A stretch of 64,000 bases of DNA from NCBI RefSeq assembly GCF_016433145.1, contig NC_058133.1, forward strand, positions 251,235,442 to 251,299,441, in the 5' to 3' direction. The notes beneath the pieces are model-generated. The model was not told the origin of the DNA. It saw only the letters and a list, made by a program, of their open reading frames with translations, and searched no databases. The translations under genes and the position numbers were made by a program. This DNA comes from Gracilinanus agilis. Its lineage: Eukaryota. The number at the start of each line of letters is the position of its first letter. Position 1 is the first letter of the stretch. Positions 56,295-64,000 of this stretch are shown piece by piece.

Positions 56295-57905
56295 AGGATT
56301 TCCTCCTTTTTCCTTTAGTTGGGGGAGAAATGCCGGAGGGGGCAATTTTTACTATAAAGAAACTTTCTAGGTTATAAGAAAATTTCAACCAGTCATGGGA
56401 ATGATAGCTTTTGAGGACATGGTTTAATGAAGTCAATTCAGATATTCTGACAATTTCATAGATTTGGCGAGGACTTTCACAGAGTTAGCAAAATCAATTT
56501 GATTCTCTAGACAGGAAGTGCCTTACTTGTGAATTACTTCAACCTGGCCCCATAAAGATGAGTTCCCTTTGAAGCTGGTTTCTAAAAGTGATCTTCAGGG
56601 AATGGGATTTGATAGATTGGATTTATGCAGCTCCTCCATGCCTGTCACACCTGATGTTGGACCTGCCTTTAGAATAGTAAGGTCCCACCAGAATGAAGGC
56701 AAACTTTAGCTATTAATACTAGACACAACCATACAAGTCTGGGCATATCAATATTTGAAAGACTGGAAGAGCAGTGGCTACTGAGGCAAACAGAGCAATG
56801 GGTGCCAATTGGTGCTTTGAGAGTGGCACAAGAAGACCCTGCATCTACCACCTTGCCAAGAGGGCAGAAGGTGATGAAACCTCCTTCAGGGAGCTCTACA
56901 TATAGCTTCTGAAAGGTAAGAAAACAATTGGGAAGCAGCTAGATGGCACAGTGGATTGAGAGTCAGGCCTAAAGATGGGAGGTCCCAAGTTCAACTGTGG
57001 CCTCAAATACTTCCTAGCTGTGTGACCTTGGGCAAGTCACTTAACTTTCATTGCCTAGCCCTTACCACTCTTCTGCTTTGAAATCAATATTCAGTATTGA
57101 TTCTAAGAGGGTTAAAAAAAAAAAAGGAAAACAATTGATTAGCAACTTATAGAGATGCTAGGGAAATTGTATTTTAAACCCCAGGACAGACATTAGGGGG
57201 ATTTCACCTCTCCTAAATTTAAAGTATCTCCTCAGGTTTCCAACATTAATGGAAATCCTAAACCACTCAAACATCTCTATTCAGATTTGAGGGACTTTAG
57301 AAATGAATCTGCCTAAGGTCAAGGCCAAGGTTTCCCTGAGGCCAGGTTCACCATAGTTGTAGGACCTGGGTCCAAAGGCCATATTTCAAAGTTGTGGTGA
57401 CCTGCAGATTGGTGGGATGTCAAGTATATGAATAGCCACTGGACACCAGTAGCTGAGTTATCAATGAAGATACTGAAACAACTGACGATATACTGAAGAC
57501 AATTACCTCCATCTTGAAAGAGGACTTGCAGTTGCCATGACCCACTTGTACTCAGTCAAATCTCACTTAAATCTGATGTTATGGAATTTAAATTACCAGC
57601 TTTAAAAAGGAAGAGACTTTGGCTGTAAGTTAAAATTATTGATTCCTTAGAGTCTGGCAAGAAATCAAAAGTGCTAAAATCAAAGAACTTTGAGAGAATA
57701 TAGTTAAAAACCAAGTTTTTTTTTCTTCCAAGGGTTATCCTGATTCCACTGATTGAAAGCCTAGAACACAAAGATCATTCTAGATCTCATATCTGATATC
57801 AGTATTTTCACAATGATGATTGACAGGGATGTCTGTGAAATGTCCCATCAAGAAAAGAGAAGGCTTTGATAGAATGCTCCTGAATTAATAATTAAATTAG
57901 GAGCC
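56295..57905 (+). mobile_element. Decayed LTR-retroelement internal region (gag-protease-start of RT), class III ERV-L/Gypsy-like
   Basis: Protease-like LDT(S)-AELSM (one-base frameshift) at about 57439-57468; RT N-terminal motif CPIKKREGFDRMLLN**LN at 57841-57897 (compare [20 protein letters not shown]); weak gag-like FTIKKLSRL*ENFNQ...LLRTWFNE upstream. Confidence 0.65.
56931..57126 (+). mobile_element. SINE1-type SINE inserted in the retroviral relic
   Basis: TSD AAAACAATTG on both sides. Confidence 0.9.
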
Positions 57906-58478
57906 AGTCAAGCCCTTTTCTTTGGGTATTTGATGGAAAGACCACAATAGGCAGAAGAAAAGGGGCCTGAAACCATACTTTAATAAGGCACAGAGACAAT
58001 CAACAAAGGATGGATTCAGAGGCAAGCAGCTCATTCAGAGATGAGGAACAGGATGGTAAAGGGAGGTACACAGTGGGGGAGTCAGATGATTGGCTTGGTG
58101 AGGGAGTGCAGAGGGGGTGAGAAGCCAGAGAGTATCAGTCTTAACCAAGGATTAGACTTGAAAACATGAACACTGTGGAACTGGATGAGTGTTTGGGGGA
58201 TGGGAGTTTGATGTGTCATTTTTATGGGGTTTTAGGGGGAAACAGACCAACCTGTGCCATTTTGGGATTAGTACATTAGCACATCCAAAGCATCTCAAAG
58301 TTATCAGTAAAACTTCAAAGTCATCGTCCCAAAATCATCACCACTTTTTTGATGTTCTGCTAATCTGGATTTGTAGAGGTCTAGATTTTGTTCTTTATTG
58401 CCAAGGGAAGTGCCCACTATTCTGTTTTGTCCAGAATTTTACAGAGCATAGCACCAGAACTTTGAAGAGCAGGTCCTA

Positions 58479-58528
58479 GACCTGCTTCAACACATATTAC
58501 TAGGACCTGATTCAACACATATTACTAG
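58479..58528. repeat. 25-bp tandem direct repeat x2
   Basis: GACCTGCTTCAACACATATTACTAG followed by GACCTGATTCAACACATATTACTAG. Confidence 0.85.
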
Positions 58529-58589
58529 GATGTAAATTTTAGTTAGCACTAACATCATGCAATACAAATCTCCATGGTTCTGCCTTTAA

Positions 58590-59355
58590 AAGTCATATAT
58601 ATATATTTTCCTTCTGTGTTTCTACTCCCACAGTTCTTTCTCTGGATGTGGCTAGTGTTCTTCCTTATAAGTCCCCCAGAATTGTCCTGGATCATTGCAT
58701 TGCTGCTAGTAGAGAAGTCTATTACATTCGATTATGCCACAGTCTCTGTATACAACGTTCTCCTGGTTCTGCTCCTTTCTCTCGGCATCAGTTCTTAGAG
58801 GTCTTTCCAGTTCACACAGAAATCCTCCAGTTCATTATTCCTTTCAGCACAATAGTATTCCATCACTATCGGATACCACAATTTATTCAGCCATTCCCCA
58901 ATGGATGAATATCCCCTCATTTTCCAGTTTTTTGCCACCACAAAGAACATGGCTATAAATATTTTTGTGCATGTATTTTTCTCTGTTAACTCTTTGGGGT
59001 ACAAACCCAGCAGTGGTATGGCTGCATCAAAGGGCAGGCAGTCTTTTAAAGCTCTTTGGGCATAGTTCCAAATTGCTTTCCAGAATGGTTGGATCAATTC
59101 ACAACCAACAATGCATTAGTGTCCCAATTTTGCCATATCCCCTCCAACATTTATCACTTTGCTGTCATATTGGCCAATCTGCTAGGTGTGAGGTGGTACC
59201 TCAGAGTTCTTTTGATTTTCACTTCTCTAATTATAAGAGATTTAGAACATTTTTATGTGCTTATTGATAGTTTTTATTTATCTGAAAATTGCCTATTCAT
59301 GTTCCTTGCCCATTTATCAATTGGGGAATGACTTGATTTTTTGTACAATTGATTT
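58590..59355 (-). mobile_element. LINE-1 ORF2 C-terminus/3' region
   Basis: ORF 58795-59097: QPFWKAIWNYAQRALKDCLPFDAAIPLLGLYPKE...GEWLNKLWY. Confidence 0.92.
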
Positions 59356-60194
59356 AGCTCCTGTCACCAGCCTCTTCTACCCTTCCATTGTATTGGTCTT
59401 CTCCCCCATTCCCCCTGTTCACTTCTTTGTGAAATATGTATTTGCCTCATTTTTTCTCATTTCCTATTTCTCTTAGTATTATCCTTTTTTTTAACCCCTA
59501 GTTTTTTATATATATATTTTGACATATAGAGACATTTTGTCACTGTACCCTCTAAGTATACTTCTTCTAGCTAACTTGATGATAATAACAATTTTTAAGT
59601 TACCAATATCATCTTTTCATATAGAAGTACAAATCATTTGAACTTATTACGTACCTTAAAATTTTTTTTCCCCTTTCTTAATTACCTTTTGGCGATTCTA
59701 ATTGAGTTTTGTATTTGGACATCAAATTTTCTGTTTAAGTCTGATATTTTCTTCAGAAATGCTTCTAGCATATTTTCCCTACTTTTCTCCATCCCTGAAA
59801 TTCTTTCCCTCCTCATCTCCACCTTCTAGCTTCCCTGACCTTCTTCAGGTTGAAGCTACAATCCCACCTGTTAAAGGAAGATTTTTCCATTCATTCTAAA
59901 TTCTATGGCCTTCCATCTAGTTCCTTATTCATCCTGTGTCTATTTTGTTTGTACATAATTGTTTTCATAGTGTCTCCTCCATTAGATCATAAGCTCCTTG
60001 AGAGCAGGAACTAGGCTAACTAGTTTAATGTTTGTAGCTTGACCAAATTATAAGGAGTAGCTGTAAATATTCATTTGAAGGATTTCTATTGCCATCAGCA
60101 AGATCATATGAACAATCTGTACATAGCAGAAGCTGTTATGTAGGCATCTTTACAACATACTGTGATTGCATAACATTTTCAAGAAGTGGATTTT

Positions 60195-60392
60195 GGGGGC
60201 AGCTGGGTAGCTCAGTGGATTGAGAGTCAGGCCTAGTGACAGGAGGACCTAGGTTCAAATCCAGCCTCAGACACTTCCCAGCTGTGTGACCCTGGGCAAG
60301 TCACTTGACCCCTATTGCCTACCCTTACCACTCTTCCACCTAGGAGCCAATACACAGAAATTAAGGGTTTAAAAAAAATAAAAATAAAAATA
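60195..60392 (+). mobile_element. Young SINE1_Mdo-type SINE
   Basis: Full length, TSD AAGAAGTGGATTTT. Confidence 0.95.
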
Positions 60393-62455
60393 AAGAAGTG
60401 GATTTTTCAGGAGAAATCTGTTTGGTAAATAAAAGTATTTATTTAGGATGAAAAAAAATTTACCCAAATCCCAGAGGGATGGCCAGTGGGAATTAGAAAA
60501 GCATTTTCACCTAGGACAATTGGTTTCTCATTTTAAGGCAAAGAGGTGACTTCCCAGGGCTCTAATCCTTCTGTGAAGAGAATCCCACTGTTTCTGGGAT
60601 TGCAAAGGTAATTTCATTTTCTTTTTCTTTAGAAGTTATCTTTTTGTTGTTGTTGTTCCCCAATGGTTAGCACAATGTTTGGTACATAGTAACTTAATAA
60701 ATGTTTATTCACTGACTGGCTGATGATATCTGAAGCTGATAGGTCTTTTTGAATGTCTCCTCAGCCTATCAAAATGCTTCCTCTTGATTAGCTGCCTGAA
60801 ACCAGTTTTTGTTGTGGTCAGTCAATCTTTTTAGTGGTGTCTGACTCTTCGTGCCAAATTTGGATTTGTTTTTAGGAAAGATATTAAAGAGATTTTCCAT
60901 TTCCTTCTTCAGCTCATTTTGCAGATGAGGAAACTAAAACAAACAAGGTTTAAGGAACTTGTATAGGGTCAAACAGCAAGTAAGTGTCTGAGGCCAAATT
61001 TGATTTCAGGAAGATGAGTCCTCCTGACTCCAGACCCAGCTCTCTATCCACTATATCACTTAGCTGCCCCCTGGAACCAGTTACAGACATCCCTTGCACA
61101 TTAATACCTGTTCCAGAAGCATGCTCCCTAGCATCTCTATGTGGAAAGATGCCATTTGTGGCACTCTGCATGTGTCAAACCTCTATTATGCTCTCCCTCT
61201 TGTTTGAAAAACTTGACTTCTCTAAAATTAGATAGGAATGCATGCCTGGATTGTTCTCCCTCCTCATCTTCACCTTCTGGCTTCCCTGGCTTCTTTCAGG
61301 ACATAGCTAAAATTTTACCTTCTATACGCAATCCCTCTTAATCCTAGTTTTCCTCTATTATTTCCTATTTGTTCAATAGATAGAGATCAAGGCCTAAAGT
61401 CAGGAGGATTTGTATAAAAATCTGACCCTGGACACTTCCTAGCTATGTGACCTTGGGCAAGCCATCTAACCCCCACTGCCTATCCCTTATTGCTCTTTTG
61501 TCTTGAAATTTATACTTAATTGGATTCTGAGAAAGGAGGTAAGGTTTTATTTAAAATTATTTCCTATTTGTCTTGTATGTAGCTTGTTTGTACATATTTG
61601 TTTACTTGCTATCTCCCATTAAATTCTGAGCTCCTTGAGAGCAAGGGCTCTCTTTTGTCTATCTGTATCCCCAGTTTCCAGCATATAATAGCATCATGCA
61701 CAGCAAACAGTAGGCTATTAATAAATACTTAATGATTATTGATTATTGTCTAAATCCCCATTCCAGGACAGTCTAAATTACAATTTTCTCCAAATATAAA
61801 GTCATGCCACTTCAATGAACAAGGAGCATTTCACAAAGATTATCAAAGGTTACTGCTTGTTTAGCCTTCAACAACTGCCTAAATCAGTGCTCAAATGGCC
61901 TTCCTCAACTCAAAGGCAAAAAAAAGAAAGGGGTTGGAGGGGAAGCAAAGAAAAACAGCTTCCTATTTTAAAAAGAAATTTAATCTCTATAGAGCTTGCT
62001 ATGCTCTATTCAGAGATTTAGAACCTACAGTCAACTGTAAGTCACTCCAAGACCCTGAAGTGGGAAGTCAGACTGAGGTTGATGCCAGCCATCTAGTTAA
62101 AATGGGAGATGGGTAGGTGAGGGTGGTGCACTTCATTCTTTCCCTTTGTCAGTGCTGTGGATTACAAAGGGGGTTCAATCATTAGATAACTTCTAAAGAG
62201 AAAGAAAATGAAATTACTCTGCTCAGGAAAACTGAGTCACTATCACAATCCCAGAAATAGTGGGATTCTCTTCACACAAGGATTAGAGCCCTGGGAAGTT
62301 ATCTCTTTGCCTTAAAATGAGAAGCCAACTGTCCTAGGTGAAAATGCTTTTCTGATTCCCACTGGCCATAACTCTGGGATTTGGATAAAATTTTTCTCTG
62401 TCCTTTTCTACACAGGGCACCAAAATTTTTCTAGGAGCCCATATATATCATAGGC

Positions 62456-62875
62456 CTGTGATGATGAACCTATGGTACACCTACCAAAGATGGCATGCAG
62501 AGCACTCTCTATGGGCATGTACTCTCCCCACCTCAGCCAGAGTTCATTACTAAAAAGGCAGAGAGATTCAAGTGGAGCTGCTCCCCTCCCCCTCTCCACC
62601 ACACCTGATGCCATTTTTTCACATCCCCCACCCCACTGCCCAGCAGCCCAATGGGAGGGCATGGGGGGTAAGGTGGGAGGCTCACAGGTGGCAAAGCTAG
62701 AGGGGAGCAGAGCATTAGGGTCACTCCCCTCCCCCTTTTCACCTGTACTAAATTCACTTTTTTCACTTCACTTGCCCCTCTACCCAATAGCCCAATGGGA
62801 CTGCTTTCTCCCTCCCTTGTGTGGGGTATGTGGGTGGGGCAAAGCACTTGCTCTCTAAAAGGTTCACCATCACTG
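62456..62875 (+). mobile_element. hAT-family non-autonomous DNA transposon (about 420 bp)
   Basis: TIRs CTGTGATGATGAACCT / AGGTTCACCATCACTG; degenerate 8-bp TSD TCATAGGC / ACATAAGC. Confidence 0.8.
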
Positions 62876-63227
62876 ACATAAGCAATCACTTTAGAGGTTC
62901 AGGCAAATTTCATCTGGATTTTTATCCCAAAAAGCACCCAAATTTTCACTTAATGAATCCCTCTCATTGCAATAACAATCCAATGGAATTTCAAGTTCAT
63001 GCAACAAGACAATAAGGCTCAGTCAAAGAAAGCAGCACAGGATCATATATGCTTCCAAATATAGGCAAGTCTCCCAAAAAAGGGGGAAAAAAAACAACAC
63101 AGAAAAAGGCACACAGAATAACCTTACCCTACAGACTTGTAGGGCATAAAGATCTCACAATAAGGCAAGCATTCTAGGTCTGTTCAGCCTGGTTCTGATT
63201 TCCCAAATTAGGAGGCACACCAAATAA

Positions 63228-64000
63228 TGTAAAAGCAAGAGGTACTGTTTTATTGCAAGCTCGAGCTTGGGTTCTACAATGGAACAGGGAATGAGAGGTC
63301 TAGCCAGCTTATATAGTTTGAGTTCCAGGAAATGGGGGTGGGAGTGGGAATGGGGGGCTGAATGTTAACACATGCTTCCTATCATCCATTCACGAGATGT
63401 TACTGGTCAGGGGTCTTTCCCCGCCATTCATTAGGTGTTGCTATTTTTATCAGCTCTTATACCCAGTTGGCTTCCAGGCCTAACAAGTCTGTTTAAATAC
63501 AAGAACAAAAAGTTATTACCTCTTAACTAGGTTCTAGCATTCAAGTGATTCAGACTTCATATTAAATATCAATATCAATATTAATACTTAAACAAGATTC
63601 AGTAATACAGGAAGTATTGATACTTACACGTTCAACAAATCAACAAATCCAAGTCTGCAATATCATCTCAAATGGAACTGACTTGTAAGAGAATACACAC
63701 TGGAGGAAAAACACATTTTGGGGCTGGGTCATTTTCTTTAGGATCCTATAAACTTTGGTATATACAATTCAAAATACTTGATTTGTCCCAGGGAGCCCTG
63801 CAAACATGTAGGTCCGATTTTATTCTAGGTGAGGCCTCACCTGTAGTCCTCTCTTTTAGAGTCATTGTAGGTCTAGGTTTCACCAAGTTCATGTCTAGAT
63901 GGGGTATAACTGCCCATCATCTTCGGTTCCACTGGCCTGGGGTCCCAAAGGTTGTTCCTTGCTCCTTGGAGAATATATGCTACACTGACTCTGGAACCTA
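63228..64000 (-). mobile_element. LTR (about 63228-63485) plus adjacent probable ERV internal 3' sequence running off the window
   Basis: Minus strand shows TATATAAG (63309-63315), AATAAA (63249-63254) and a terminal ...CTTTTACA. Confidence 0.55.

Noticed and set aside
52100-64000. Expected next syntenic gene TM4SF5
   Set aside because: No MCTGKCAR-like exon was seen on either strand. It probably lies beyond the window, so absence here is not evidence of loss.

Overview
Vertebrate genomic DNA, almost certainly a didelphid marsupial (opossum-like), judged from the abundant SINE1_Mdo-type, MAR1-type and marsupial L1 repeats. The window carries the conserved gene block known from human 17p13.2. 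From left to right: PELP1 (minus, first 5 coding exons only; the rest lie left of the window), ARRB2 (plus, complete, 15 exons, 409 aa), MED11 (plus, complete, 3 exons, 117 aa), CXCL16 (minus, complete, 5 coding exons, about 240 aa) and ZMYND15 (plus, 13 coding exons, 737 aa). I reconstructed the exons by hand from splice sites and reading-frame continuity; gene identities rest on recalled similarity to the human proteins, not on a database search. The rest is layered retroelements (L1, L2, CR1/L3, SINEs, LTRs), three hAT-type DNA-transposon remnants and a decayed class III/Gypsy-like gag-pro-RT relic. I found no convincing wholly new biological system. The most notable observations are: a frame-required GC-AG intron and a rare GAG acceptor in ARRB2; a single 9-bp element giving poly(A) signals on both strands between convergent MED11 and CXCL16; a triplicated ZNF143-type cassette in the MED11 promoter; an ISRE plus NF-kB pair upstream of CXCL16; a nested MITE/L1 insertion with both TSDs preserved; and the retroviral relic. 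Two apparent tandem duplications at single N bases look like assembly artefacts.
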